Below are positions 8,287 through 18,059 of a stretch of DNA of 37,796 nucleotides, piece by piece. The notes under the pieces were generated by a model. The model saw nothing but the letters and a program-made list of their open reading frames with translations, made no database searches and was not told the DNA's origin. This DNA comes from a bacterium. GTDB lineage: Bacteria; JALSQH01. A program made the translations under genes and the position numbers. The stretch covers positions 1 through 37,796 of the forward strand of contig JALSQH010000128.1 in the NCBI GenBank assembly GCA_026985515.1. Reading direction: 5' to 3'. The stretch's first letter is position 1. The number at the start of each line of letters is the position of its first letter.

Positions 8287-9204
8287 ATGCCACTGGAAAG
8301 ATTTGATTACGATTACCTGTATGGAAGGAAAAGTGACAAAGTTATTATCAGTGTGGCCATAACAGGTGCCCTTGCAAACAGGTACCAGAATCCGGGGATC
8401 CCATATACACCGGAGGAAATGGCAGAGGAGACATACAGAGCCTACAATGCAGGAGCATCTATAGTTCATATTCACGCCAGAGAAAGGGATGGGACCCCTT
8501 CGATAAGACCTGAAATGTTCAAGGAAATAACAGAGGCAATCAAGGCAAAATGCGATATAATCATCAACTACTCCACAGGAGCAGTGGGTATACCAAGAGA
8601 AATGAGAATAGAACACATCAGACAGCTGAAACCAGACATAGGTGCCCTCAACATGGGGTCAATGAACTACTCAAAGTACAGTACAAAGAGGAAAGATTTC
8701 GTTTTTAAATTTGTTTTTGAAAACACCATGGATGACATAATGTACTTTATCAATGTTATGAATGAAGTGGGGACAAAACCGGAACTTGAATGTTTTGATG
8801 CGGGACATATTGCCAATTCTTACCCACTTCTTGATATGGGACTTCTGAAACCTCCTGTCCATTACAGCATAATCCTGGGTGTACTTGGAGGAGCTCCACC
8901 CACACCAAGGATGCTTCAAACCATGGTGGATATTTTACCACCGGGGTCACACTGGCAGGTAATTGGAATAGGACCGGTCCAGTGGCGGCTGGTAGCAGCA
9001 GCTCTCGCAATGGGTGGAGATATCAGGGTGGGACTTGAGGACAACTTCTATCTTGGAAATGGTGAAATGGCTACCAGTAATGGACCACTGGTGGAACAGG
9101 CTGTGAGAATGGCAAGGGATGTGGGGAGAGAACCTGCCACAGTGGAAGAGGCAAGGGAAATTATTGGCTTGAAGACAAAGGAGGAAAAGGGGGATGGCCA
9201 GTAA
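8287..9204 (+). CDS. BKACE-family enzyme (3-keto-5-aminohexanoate cleavage enzyme-like, DUF849)
   Basis: The track lists a TTG start at 8281. The ATG at 8287 sits 6 nt after AAGGAGG (8274-8280) and is the likelier start. KVIISVAITGALANR...PYTPEEMAEETYRAYNAGASIVHIHARERDGTPS...GLEDN are typical BKACE TIM-barrel signatures. Confidence 0.82.
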   Translation: MPLERFDYDYLYGRKSDKVIISVAITGALANRYQNPGIPYTPEEMAEETYRAYNAGASIVHIHARERDGTPSIRPEMFKEITEAIKAKCDIIINYSTGAVGIPREMRIEHIRQLKPDIGALNMGSMNYSKYSTKRKDFVFKFVFENTMDDIMYFINVMNEVGTKPELECFDAGHIANSYPLLDMGLLKPPVHYSIILGVLGGAPPTPRMLQTMVDILPPGSHWQVIGIGPVQWRLVAAALAMGGDIRVGLEDNFYLGNGEMATSNGPLVEQAVRMARDVGREPATVEEAREIIGLKTKEEKGDGQ

Positions 9205-10339
9205 TTTTTTCACAGAAGATGAGAAGAAAATTCAGGAAAAATACAGAAAGCTTGCAGAAGAACTGATTCTACCCAGAGAGAAAGAGATAGACGAAAAGGA
9301 TAGAATCCCCCCCGATTTAATTAAACAGCTTACCGGTGACCCCTTCTATCTTCCCTCCCTCTCTGTACCTCAAAAATATGGTGGCCTTGAACTCAGTAAT
9401 GTAAAGGTAGGAATAATTGCTGAAGAGATAGGCTATGCATGCCCGACACTCATACCCTTTCTGGAAATTGCCCAGCTCTATTCCCATGTTATAAAACTTG
9501 GGGGAAGCGAAGAACAGAAGAAAAAATTCCTGGGTGCACTTGCTCAAGGTAAAATAGGCGCCTACGCACTCACAGATGAAGGTCCCGGATCAGATCCTGC
9601 AAGAATGAAAACCATCGCCGTTAAAAGAGGCACCAGATACTACCTTACGGGGAAAAAGAGAATCATAACTTATGCTGATCTTGCTGATCTCATAGCGGTT
9701 TTCGCAAGCGAAGATCCAGAAGCAGGCGCAAAGGGGATAAGTGCTTTTATCATAGAGAAGAAAGGTATTAAAGGAATTAAATTTGAGAGGAGAATTGATA
9801 CCTTTGGACTGAGGGGACACAGAGCCTTTGACATCGTCCTCAAAGAGGTGGAGGTGCCTGAAGAAAACAGAATTGGTAAAAGCGGAGAGGGACTGAAACT
9901 TGCTCTCAAGGTTCTCAACATAACCAGAATAAGTCTTGCATGGGGGTTCATAGGGCTGGCAAGAAGGGCGCTGGAAGAAACAATAAAGTGGGTTAAGGAG
10001 AGAGAAGTTGCTGGAAAGAAATTAAAAGAATTCAGCAACATAAGCTTTGCAATAGCTGAAATAGCAACACAGATTGATGCTGCGAGACTGCTTGCGTACA
10101 GAGCTTCATCCATGGCTGATAGAGGTATGGAGCATAGAAAAGAAACATCAATGGCAAAGTGGTATGCAGGGGAAATAATGCTAAAGGCTGTGGATCTTGC
10201 AAACAGAGTATATGCAGGTTACGGAGCCGACCCACTCTATCCTGTGGAGAAATTCCTGCGTGATGCCTACACGTGGCATCCCGCTCAGGGAACAAACGAG
10301 GTTCAAAAGTTCATAATAGCAAGGGAGCTCTTAAAATAG
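9194..10339 (+). CDS. Acyl-CoA dehydrogenase family protein
   Basis: 381 aa. ACAD layout with GAYALTDEGPGSDPARMKT (the ALTEPxxGSD-type motif), a middle beta-domain and a C-terminal helical domain ending in GTNEVQKFIIAREL. Overlaps the BKACE gene by 11 nt. Confidence 0.88.
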   Translation: MASNFFTEDEKKIQEKYRKLAEELILPREKEIDEKDRIPPDLIKQLTGDPFYLPSLSVPQKYGGLELSNVKVGIIAEEIGYACPTLIPFLEIAQLYSHVIKLGGSEEQKKKFLGALAQGKIGAYALTDEGPGSDPARMKTIAVKRGTRYYLTGKKRIITYADLADLIAVFASEDPEAGAKGISAFIIEKKGIKGIKFERRIDTFGLRGHRAFDIVLKEVEVPEENRIGKSGEGLKLALKVLNITRISLAWGFIGLARRALEETIKWVKEREVAGKKLKEFSNISFAIAEIATQIDAARLLAYRASSMADRGMEHRKETSMAKWYAGEIMLKAVDLANRVYAGYGADPLYPVEKFLRDAYTWHPAQGTNEVQKFIIARELLK

Positions 10340-10346
10340 AGCTCCC
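10323..10346. terminator. Hairpin between convergent genes (possible bidirectional terminator)
   Basis: GGGAGCTC (10323-10330), 8-nt loop, GAGCTCCC (10339-10346): a perfect 8-bp stem. The acd TAG stop (10337-10339) sits in the loop/stem. Flanking T-tracts are weak (GATTCTTT on plus). Confidence 0.4.
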
Positions 10347-10356
10347 GATTCTTTAA

Positions 10357-10920
10357 TCAGAGTTCACCCTCAATATCAAAAACTATGTAACCATCAAAGG
10401 AAACATCGTCACAGGGTGCTCTTCCATCAACTTCCGTGGTTACCTTGAACTTATCACCATTCAGAAATTTAACAATGTTAGCACCTGAACCTTTCACAGT
10501 TATCTCAGTTGCATTATCCGGGACCGGATCGAGCTCTCCGATAAGTACCTTTTTATCGCTGTCACCAGTGAGAGGTTCAGCATAGACTTTTATGGAGTTG
10601 AGAAAATTAAAATTGTCAATATCGCTGTCACCACTTTTAGCCGTATCGGTAATTTTAAGAACAAGTTTATCCATTGTGACCTTTGTTATGACCTTCGGCG
10701 CTTTCTTTTTATACTCCTGCGAATTTTCAATATTTATGCTTAGAGGCTTGAGCAGGTTGTTTATCGCAGGAACATTTGTCAGCTGGTCACAATTAGGTAT
10801 TCCAACACCCTGGACCGTTTGTTCAGAAATATCCTGTGTCACTGTAAATGAAATTGTTGCACCACAGGACCCAATCAGTACTGCGAAAAATGCTGTAACA
10901 ACCGGTAAAAATTTCTTCAT
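10357..10920 (-). CDS. Hypothetical lipoprotein
   Basis: 187 aa. Signal peptide MKKFLPVVTAFFAVLIGSC with a lipobox-like IGSC. GGAGG SD upstream. No recognisable catalytic motif. Confidence 0.7.
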   Translation of the reverse strand: MKKFLPVVTAFFAVLIGSCGATISFTVTQDISEQTVQGVGIPNCDQLTNVPAINNLLKPLSINIENSQEYKKKAPKVITKVTMDKLVLKITDTAKSGDSDIDNFNFLNSIKVYAEPLTGDSDKKVLIGELDPVPDNATEITVKGSGANIVKFLNGDKFKVTTEVDGRAPCDDVSFDGYIVFDIEGEL

Positions 10921-10962
10921 CTTCTACCTCCCTTCTGCAGGTTAATTATACTGATAGAGCAG

Positions 10963-10992
10963 TTGAAATCAAAAAGGTAATTTGAATAATAT
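10963..10992 (+). promoter_or_regulatory. Putative promoter of tRNA-Ser (TTGAAA-18-TAATAT)
   Basis: TTGAAA at 10963-10968 and TAATAT at 10987-10992. The tRNA 5' end lies 9 nt downstream of the -10 element. Confidence 0.4.
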
Positions 10993-11000
10993 ATATGAGC

Positions 11001-11094
<94 letters not shown>

Positions 11095-11115
11095 TTATTT
11101 TTTGGTGGGGATTCA

Positions 11116-12414
11116 GTGAAGAGAATTGTCATTCTTCTTTTCCTCTTTCCATCCATTACCAGTGCCTCACAGTTAACATTTCTTGATTTACCTTACAATT
11201 TTGATACCAGATTTAATCAATTTTCCATGCATCAAACTCTTAATGTAACCACCGCCTTTTCCACAACTCTGCACAGAATCACCACACAAGGGATCTTAAG
11301 ATTTGAACTTCCCGCAAAAATTAAGGCTGTATTATGGGCATTTGCCCTCACCGGTGAAGATTATTTTTTATTTTACCTGCCCGGTGGATATGGATGGCTA
11401 CATGAAGAGTGGCACAGGGCAATACTTTCCATGAGGGGCGTAAACAGTTATGATGAAATCTACTCATTTCCGCTTTTTAAAAAATTTGTCTCCGTTGACC
11501 ATATCAGAGATGAAGACCTCATAAATCTGAAGAAAAAATTTCCTCATGATCTTGTCAGAGCAGAAGAGGCAGGAGTAGAAGCTCAGTTCTTTTTCACCGA
11601 AGAGATCAGAAAAAACTGCTTCTTCAAGAGATCCAGGTGCCTCGAAGAAATTCCGCAGTTACTTTCAAACATTTTGAATTCTTCGTTCTACATACTGTTT
11701 TCCTCAACAGAAGAGGCTTCAAGGGATACAACAGAAATGGAAAAATCAGAAGGTACCATTATCTCAGAGAGAGACGCCTTTGGTCTTGACTTCACAGCAT
11801 GGGTGTATGACCTTTTCAGAGAAAATCTTCCATACTCAATGAGGGGGGTACACCCTTCAGGGGCAGGAATAAAAAGATACGTCTCCCCTTCTCAACTGGA
11901 TGAGAAAGAACTCAATTACCTGAAACTTCAGGGATACTTAACCTGGTTAAATCTGCTATCACCTCAAATTTTCGGTTTTGCACCCTCAGATTACTGGAAT
12001 TTCTACTTCACACACTATCTCACACCATGGGGATTCTCTGCAGGTGTTTCACTTCTCATCAGGGGAAAGAAATGGGGATACTTCCTGGCAGGGAAAATAA
12101 ACTCATCATTGCATCTGAACTTACCCGAACTTGATGCAGAAATCTGGCTGAAAAATAGCTGGAATTCTCTTCTGAAGATCAGAATAAGTCTCTGGATCCA
12201 GCCTCTTAAACAGGACTTTTACTCTAAAAAAGGCAGTCCGGGTGGATTGCTGGAAATCTACCTCAATTTTCCACTGGATAAAAGTACAACTCTTTTCATT
12301 AATCCATTTGTTAAAAGTGAAGGATGGGTTCCAGGAAATGAGTATCTCGATGCTGTCAGTGGGATAAGGATTGGTACATCATTCAGACTCAATCTTCTCA
12401 AGGATACTCTTTAA
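11116..12414 (+). CDS. Hypothetical secreted / outer-membrane protein with an HExxH motif
   Basis: 432 aa. GTG start and signal peptide MKRIVILLFLFPSITSASQ. HEEWH (in GWLHEEWHRAIL) near residue 95. The C-terminal third has an alternating amphipathic pattern suggestive of beta-strands. Its 3' end overlaps convergent hslO by 36 nt. Confidence 0.65.
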   Translation: MKRIVILLFLFPSITSASQLTFLDLPYNFDTRFNQFSMHQTLNVTTAFSTTLHRITTQGILRFELPAKIKAVLWAFALTGEDYFLFYLPGGYGWLHEEWHRAILSMRGVNSYDEIYSFPLFKKFVSVDHIRDEDLINLKKKFPHDLVRAEEAGVEAQFFFTEEIRKNCFFKRSRCLEEIPQLLSNILNSSFYILFSSTEEASRDTTEMEKSEGTIISERDAFGLDFTAWVYDLFRENLPYSMRGVHPSGAGIKRYVSPSQLDEKELNYLKLQGYLTWLNLLSPQIFGFAPSDYWNFYFTHYLTPWGFSAGVSLLIRGKKWGYFLAGKINSSLHLNLPELDAEIWLKNSWNSLLKIRISLWIQPLKQDFYSKKGSPGGLLEIYLNFPLDKSTTLFINPFVKSEGWVPGNEYLDAVSGIRIGTSFRLNLLKDTL

Positions 12415-13254
12415 TTCCTCAGGGGTAAAAATATACTTCTTCAAACAGAATTTGCATGTTACTTCAATGGGTTCATTCTTTTCAATGGACTTTTTAATTT
12501 CCTCAGGTCCAAGTGCCACAACCGCTTCCTCCGATTTTTCCTTACTGCACCAGCACCGGAAAAAGATTTCCCTCTCTAAAAGAATTTCGACTTCATCAAA
12601 ATCGAGTAATTTCTTTGTTAAATCCTCTATTTTCTCCCCTCTGTTAAGATGGGGAGTTACTCCGCCCATCTTCTTCACATTTTCTTCCAGCTTAACAATC
12701 TCCTCATCCGTTGCATCAGGCATTGCCTCAATCAAAATTCCACCTGCTGACCTGACACTGTTGTCCGGGTTGATGTGGACGCCAACCGCAACAACGGCAG
12801 GGATCTGGAGAGAATAAGCATAATAATACGCAAGATCATCACCTATCTCTCCCGTCTGAAGAGGGACTGAAGTGACATAGGGCTCCTTCAATCCATAATC
12901 AAAGATTATATCCAGGACTCCATTTTTACCTATTGCACCGCCAACATCCAGTTTACCCTCCTTTGGAGGAAGATGCACATCCGGTTTTGCAGGATAACCC
13001 CTTATCCAGCCATCATACCTGGCTTCTGCTGTGACGCTTCCAAGAGGTCCGTCTCCTTTAACCTGGAGTATAACTTTCCCCTCCTTGATATCGGCTGAAA
13101 GGAGAGCGGCACCTATAAGCACCCGTCCAAATGCAGCTGTGGTGGTGGGAAGGGTGTTGTGGATTTTTCTCCCCTCCTCCACAAGATCTCTACCTTCAAC
13201 ACAGGCAAACTTAAAATGCCCATTCTTTGTGATGCCCCTGATAAGATAACTCAT
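12379..13254 (-). CDS. hslO: Redox-regulated chaperone Hsp33
   Basis: 291 aa with the C-terminal zinc/redox switch CWCS...CKFC and the conserved Hsp33 core. Its ATG overlaps the greA TAA (TAATG). Confidence 0.92.
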   Translation of the reverse strand: MSYLIRGITKNGHFKFACVEGRDLVEEGRKIHNTLPTTTAAFGRVLIGAALLSADIKEGKVILQVKGDGPLGSVTAEARYDGWIRGYPAKPDVHLPPKEGKLDVGGAIGKNGVLDIIFDYGLKEPYVTSVPLQTGEIGDDLAYYYAYSLQIPAVVAVGVHINPDNSVRSAGGILIEAMPDATDEEIVKLEENVKKMGGVTPHLNRGEKIEDLTKKLLDFDEVEILLEREIFFRCWCSKEKSEEAVVALGPEEIKKSIEKNEPIEVTCKFCLKKYIFTPEELKSILEKIESE

Positions 13255-13730
13255 TATTTGTACTCTACCTTTACTATTTCAAATTCCTTGATACCCTGAG
13301 AGGTTCTCACCTCCACCCAGTCACCGGCACTGTGACCGATGAGAGCCTGTGCTATTGGAGATGTATAAGGAATTTCGCCTTTTTCCAGATCATAAATATA
13401 CTCTCCAACAATTTTGTATACCTTTTCTTCCCCCGTATCTCCATCCACAACTGTCACAGTTGCTCCAAAGGAAACCTTATCAGACTTCACTTTCTGGGGT
13501 TCGATTATTTCTGCATTCGCAAGTTTGCTTTCCAGTTCTCTTATCCTTGCCTCAAGTAATCCCTGTTCCTCTTTTGCTGCATCATACTCTGCATTCTCAG
13601 ACAGGTCACCATGAGCCCGTGCCTCAGCAATTGCATCAATAACCCTTTTTCTCTCTGTGGTTTTCAGACGATTAAGTTCATTCTTGAGCATTTCATATTC
13701 TTCCTTTGTCATGGGGAACTTCATGGCCAC
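13254..13730 (-). CDS. greA: Transcription elongation factor GreA
   Basis: 158 aa. N-terminal coiled-coil with AIAEARAHGDLSENAEYDAAKEEQ and a C-terminal FKBP-like domain with the SPIAQALIG motif. Confidence 0.93.
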   Translation of the reverse strand: MAMKFPMTKEEYEMLKNELNRLKTTERKRVIDAIAEARAHGDLSENAEYDAAKEEQGLLEARIRELESKLANAEIIEPQKVKSDKVSFGATVTVVDGDTGEEKVYKIVGEYIYDLEKGEIPYTSPIAQALIGHSAGDWVEVRTSQGIKEFEIVKVEYK

Positions 13731-13752
13731 TCCTTTTCGGGATTTTTAGTAT

Positions 13753-13780
13753 ATTATAATCACAGGGAATTTTATGTCAA
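13753..13780 (-). promoter_or_regulatory. Consensus sigma70-like promoter upstream of greA (TTGACA-16-TATAAT)
   Basis: Minus strand: TTGACA (13780-13775), 16-nt spacer, TATAAT (13758-13753). AAAGGAG SD follows, then the greA ATG at 13730. It starts 5 nt after the carB stop. Confidence 0.6.
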
Positions 13781-13784
13781 AGCC

Positions 13785-16700
13785 TCAGGAAATCTCTCTC
13801 TCCCTGTAGTATTCCTGAATTGCTTTTACATTGGGAGATTTTTTCTTCATTTCATCAATTGCAATTGCCGCAGCATAGGCAGCGGAAATTGTAGTGAAAT
13901 AGGGTACCTGATAAACTATTGCACTTCTCCTGATGGAAAAGGAATCCCTGATAGACTGTTTTCCACTTGTGGTGTTTATAATCATTGCAATTTCCCTGTT
14001 CTTGATGTAATCAACTATGTTGGGTCTGCCCTCTATCACCTTTAAAGCCATTTCATTATCCACACCGTGTTTTTTCAGATACTCCGATGTTCCTCTTGTG
14101 GCAACAATTTTATACCCATTTTTTTGAAGGATTTTTGCAATGGGAACAACTGCCGGTTTATCTTCATCTTTCACACTTATGAAAACCTTGCCTTCCCGAG
14201 GTAATGTGTTGCTGGCACCCTCCTCCGCTTTTGCAAAGGCCAGGGGAAAGGAGTAATCTATACCCATAACCTCTCCAGTCGACTTCATCTCTGGACCAAG
14301 AATGGTGTCAACACTGGGGAACTTGGCAAAGGGGAAAACAGATTCTTTCACACCAAAATAGGGAAGTTTTCTCCTAACATTTATCATGTAACCATAATCA
14401 GGGGTAACTCCATAATCCTTTAAAGCATCAACAAGAGTTTTACCAACCATTATCTTTGCCGCTATCTTTGCCAGTGGAACCCCTGTAACTTTTGATACAA
14501 AGGGAACAGTCCGTGAAGCTCTGGGATTCACCTCAAGCACATACAGATCATCCTTTATGGCATACTGAACATTCATCAAACCCTTCACTTTTAGTTCAAT
14601 AGCCAGTTTTTTTGTGGCCTCTGCGATTTTTTCAAGCATTTCCTCAGTCAGTGAGTATGGCGGCAGGACTGCCGCTGAGTCTCCTGAGTGAATTCCGGCC
14701 TCCTCAATGTGTTGCATTATTCCACCTATGTAAACATCTCTGCTGTCTGAAAGAGCATCAACATCTATTTCCACTGCATCCTTCAAAAATTTGTCTATCA
14801 GAATGGGATGATCCGGTGAAACTTCAACTGCTTCCTCCATATACTTCTTCAACTCTATTTCATCGTAAACAATTTCCATGGATCTTCCACCAAGCACATA
14901 GGATGGCCTTACAAGGACAGGGAATCCAATCTCCTTTGCAACTTCAACTGCCTCCTCAACGGACCTTGCAATCCCATTTTGCGGCTGTTTCAGGCCAAGT
15001 CTCTTGAGAAGCTGCTGAAATCTCTCCCTGTCTTCAGCTATATCAATGGAATCGGGGGATGTTCCTACTATCTTTACACCTTCTTTCTCAAGGGGTACCG
15101 AAAGCTTAAGAGGAGTCTGTCCACCAAACTGCACAATCACTCCATCGGGATTCTCCTCTTTCACAATGGCAAGAACATCCTCCTTGGTCAGAGGCTCAAA
15201 GTACAACCTGTCGGCAGTATCATAATCGGTGCTCACCGTCTCAGGGTTGCAGTTAACCATTATTGTTTCATAACCTTCCTCTTTGAGGGCAAACACACCA
15301 TGGACACAACAGTAGTCAAACTCTATTCCCTGACCTATTCTATTGGGACCTCCTCCCAGGATTATAATCTTTTTCCTGTCCGTAACTCCTGCCTCATCCT
15401 CTTCGTCATAGGACGAGTAGAGATAGGGTGTGTAAGCCTCAAACTCTGCGGCACAGGTATCAACTCTCTTGTAGACATTTCTCAAATTAATTTTTTCTCT
15501 GAAATTCCTGATTTTATCCTCATCAGTATCAAGCAGATATGCAAGTCTCCTGTCGGAAAATCCCATCTTTTTTGCCTGAATCAGATACTCCCTAACAACC
15601 TCCGGCTCCTCCCTTTTCCAGCCATCAAAGTTGATAAATTTTTCTTTTTTCTCAATCAGATCCCTCTCAAATTCAATTATTTCCTTTATGTTGTTGAGAA
15701 ACCAGGGATCAATATGGGTGTACCTGTAAATTTCGTCCGTTGAGAATCCCACCCTGTAGGCGTCTCCAATATACCACAGTCTCTTACTGTTGGGGATTTT
15801 TAATTTTTCAATTATCTCCTCTCTTATTCGGGTATCACCTGCAGCTCTCTCAATAGATTTTAAACTTGCTGCAATTCCAACCATCGATTCAAAGCCATAC
15901 TTGTCAATTTCAAGAGATCTGATTGCTTTCTGAAGAGCTTCTTTAAAGGTTCTGCCAATTGCCATCACCTCACCCACAGACTTCATCTGAGTGGTAAGGA
16001 AGTCCCTGGTCTGGGGGAATTTTTCAAATGTGAAGCGGGGAATTTTAACCACCACATAATCCATGGTGGGTTCAAAACTTGCCGGGGTGTATCTGGTTAT
16101 GTCGTTGGGAATCTCATCAAGGGTGTAGCCCACAGCAAGTTTCGTGGCTATCTTGGCGATGGGGAAACCTGTGGCCTTTGAGGCGAGAGCGGATGATCTT
16201 GAAACCCTGGGATTCATCTCAATTACCACCATTCTGCCATCATCGGGATTTATGGCAAACTGGATATTTGATCCGCCCGTGTCAACCCCAATTTCTCTGA
16301 TTATTTTAATGGCTGCATCTCTCATTATCTGGTACTCTTTATCCGTAAGGGTCTGCGCTGGAGCCACTGTTATGCTATCCCCGGTGTGAACTCCCATAGC
16401 ATCAAAATTCTCAATGGAACAGATAATTACCACATTGTCATTCTTATCCCTCATCACCTCCAGTTCAAATTCCTTCCATCCCAGAACAGATTCCTCAATC
16501 AGAATTTCACTTATGGGGGATGCATCAAGTCCCCACTTCACATACTCTTCATACTCCTCCATGTTGTAAGCCACATTGCCACCATGTCCCCCCAGAGTAA
16601 AGGCGGGTCTTATTATGGCGGGGAATCCCACATACTTGATAACTTCCATCGCCTCGTCAAATGACCTTGCAAGACCACTCCTTGGTACCTGAAGACCAAT

Positions 16701-17114
16701 TTTCTCCATCGATTTTTTAAACAGTTCCCTATCCTCAGCCTTCTTTATGGATTCCACATTGGCTCCAATGAGTTCAACACCATACTTCTCCAGGATCCCC
16801 ATTTCATGCAGAGCCACAGCGGTATTCAGCGCAGTCTGACCTCCCAGGGTGGGAAGAATAGCATCGGGCCTCTCCCTCTCTACAATTCTGGCAACTGTTT
16901 CGGGAGTTATTGGCTCAATATAGGTTTTATCTGCAAATTCGGGATCCGTCATGATTGTGGCAGGGTTGCTGTTCACCAGAACCACTTCGTAGCCCTCTTC
17001 TTTCAAAGCCTTGCATGCCTGCGTTCCCGAATAATCGAATTCACACGCCTGACCAATCACAATGGGGCCTGAGCCTATGATCAGAATCTTTTTTAAATCT
17101 TTTCTCCTTGGCAT
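13785..17114 (-). CDS. carB: Carbamoyl-phosphate synthase large subunit
   Basis: 1109 aa. Duplicated ATP-grasp halves ([24 protein letters not shown] and [23 protein letters not shown]) and a C-terminal MGS-like allosteric domain. Confidence 0.97.
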   Translation of the reverse strand: MPRRKDLKKILIIGSGPIVIGQACEFDYSGTQACKALKEEGYEVVLVNSNPATIMTDPEFADKTYIEPITPETVARIVERERPDAILPTLGGQTALNTAVALHEMGILEKYGVELIGANVESIKKAEDRELFKKSMEKIGLQVPRSGLARSFDEAMEVIKYVGFPAIIRPAFTLGGHGGNVAYNMEEYEEYVKWGLDASPISEILIEESVLGWKEFELEVMRDKNDNVVIICSIENFDAMGVHTGDSITVAPAQTLTDKEYQIMRDAAIKIIREIGVDTGGSNIQFAINPDDGRMVVIEMNPRVSRSSALASKATGFPIAKIATKLAVGYTLDEIPNDITRYTPASFEPTMDYVVVKIPRFTFEKFPQTRDFLTTQMKSVGEVMAIGRTFKEALQKAIRSLEIDKYGFESMVGIAASLKSIERAAGDTRIREEIIEKLKIPNSKRLWYIGDAYRVGFSTDEIYRYTHIDPWFLNNIKEIIEFERDLIEKKEKFINFDGWKREEPEVVREYLIQAKKMGFSDRRLAYLLDTDEDKIRNFREKINLRNVYKRVDTCAAEFEAYTPYLYSSYDEEDEAGVTDRKKIIILGGGPNRIGQGIEFDYCCVHGVFALKEEGYETIMVNCNPETVSTDYDTADRLYFEPLTKEDVLAIVKEENPDGVIVQFGGQTPLKLSVPLEKEGVKIVGTSPDSIDIAEDRERFQQLLKRLGLKQPQNGIARSVEEAVEVAKEIGFPVLVRPSYVLGGRSMEIVYDEIELKKYMEEAVEVSPDHPILIDKFLKDAVEIDVDALSDSRDVYIGGIMQHIEEAGIHSGDSAAVLPPYSLTEEMLEKIAEATKKLAIELKVKGLMNVQYAIKDDLYVLEVNPRASRTVPFVSKVTGVPLAKIAAKIMVGKTLVDALKDYGVTPDYGYMINVRRKLPYFGVKESVFPFAKFPSVDTILGPEMKSTGEVMGIDYSFPLAFAKAEEGASNTLPREGKVFISVKDEDKPAVVPIAKILQKNGYKIVATRGTSEYLKKHGVDNEMALKVIEGRPNIVDYIKNREIAMIINTTSGKQSIRDSFSIRRSAIVYQVPYFTTISAAYAAAIAIDEMKKKSPNVKAIQEYYREREIS

Positions 17115-17123
17115 AACCCATCC

Positions 17124-18059
17124 TCACATTTCATAAAAGTAAAGTTCCTGAATATATCCATTCTCAAGTCCATACTTTTCAAGCAGTTTAACTGCCTCTT
17201 CATACTCTCTGCGGGTAATCCTTCTGTTTACCACAGGATCATCAAATGCTCTGTAAGCCGGGAAGTATTGACTCATGAGGCTGATGTACACATCTCTTCC
17301 CACTTCCTCAGCTATAAATTTGAATACCTTTTCAGTGCCGGCAACTCCCTCCGGCAGAACAAGGTGCCTGATGAGAACACCTCTGTAAGCTATCCCCCTT
17401 TCATCAAGTTTCAATCCCCCCACCTGCCTGTACATCTCCTTTATGGCAGGTCTCACCACATCCCAGTAGTTGGGAGCAGCAGACAATTTTCTCGCCCAGT
17501 AGTTGTCAGAATACTTTATGTCAGGCATGTAAATATCAACAATTCCTTCGAGATACCTCAGTGTCTCCACAGATTCATACCCGCTGGTGTTGTATGCCAG
17601 GGGGATTCTCAAACCCATTTTTTTTGCAATGTATGTGGCTTTGATGATCTGAGGGACAAAATGAGTTGGAGTTACAAGATTGATGTTGTGTGCTCCTCTT
17701 TCCTGAAGTTCTAACATTCTCTCTGCAAGTTCCTCTTCAGTTATGTAATTTCCGTTGAGTAACTGACTAATGGGGTAATTCTGGCAGAATTTACACCTCA
17801 GGGGACAACCTGAGAAAAAAATTGTACCGGATCCCCGATACCCTGATATGGGTGGCTCCTCACCAAAATGCAGATTTGCACTGGCTATTTTGAGTTTAAC
17901 TCCCATGCGGCATAATCCTTTATTTGTAACATACCTGTTTATTCCACAATTTCTTGGACAGATGTTACACTTTTCCATTCTCCTGTAAAGGACTTCTATT
18001 CTTCTCTCAAACTCCTCATCAGGTAGAAAAAGATATCCTGGTTTCCTCTCCTCCCTCAT
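17124..18059 (-). CDS. Radical SAM protein, PflX-like (COG1313-type, pyruvate formate-lyase activase related)
   Basis: 311 aa. N-terminal CNICPRNCGINR...GLC motif, CPLRCKFCQNYPISQ radical SAM cluster, GAHNINLVTPTHFVPQI and RHLVLP blocks that I associate with PflX-type proteins. Its ATG overlaps the carA TGA (ATGA at 18056-18059). Its stop lies 9 nt before the carB ATG. Confidence 0.78.
   Translation of the reverse strand: MREERKPGYLFLPDEEFERRIEVLYRRMEKCNICPRNCGINRYVTNKGLCRMGVKLKIASANLHFGEEPPISGYRGSGTIFFSGCPLRCKFCQNYPISQLLNGNYITEEELAERMLELQERGAHNINLVTPTHFVPQIIKATYIAKKMGLRIPLAYNTSGYESVETLRYLEGIVDIYMPDIKYSDNYWARKLSAAPNYWDVVRPAIKEMYRQVGGLKLDERGIAYRGVLIRHLVLPEGVAGTEKVFKFIAEEVGRDVYISLMSQYFPAYRAFDDPVVNRRITRREYEEAVKLLEKYGLENGYIQELYFYEM

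Noticed and set aside
14979-15743. Long antisense ORF (254 aa) inside carB. Similar antisense or alternate-frame ORFs lie inside murJ, mutS2, hslO, carA, pyrC, murA, prfA, the cytochromes and the Fn3 protein (for example 3688-4083, 6652-7167, 12371-12817, 19465-19998, 30958-31359, 35316-35699).
   Set aside because: All lie fully within strongly supported genes on the other strand or in another frame. Their products are low-information (Leu/Ser/Phe/Ile-rich, many Cys) with no motifs and no SD. This is typical of shadow ORFs.
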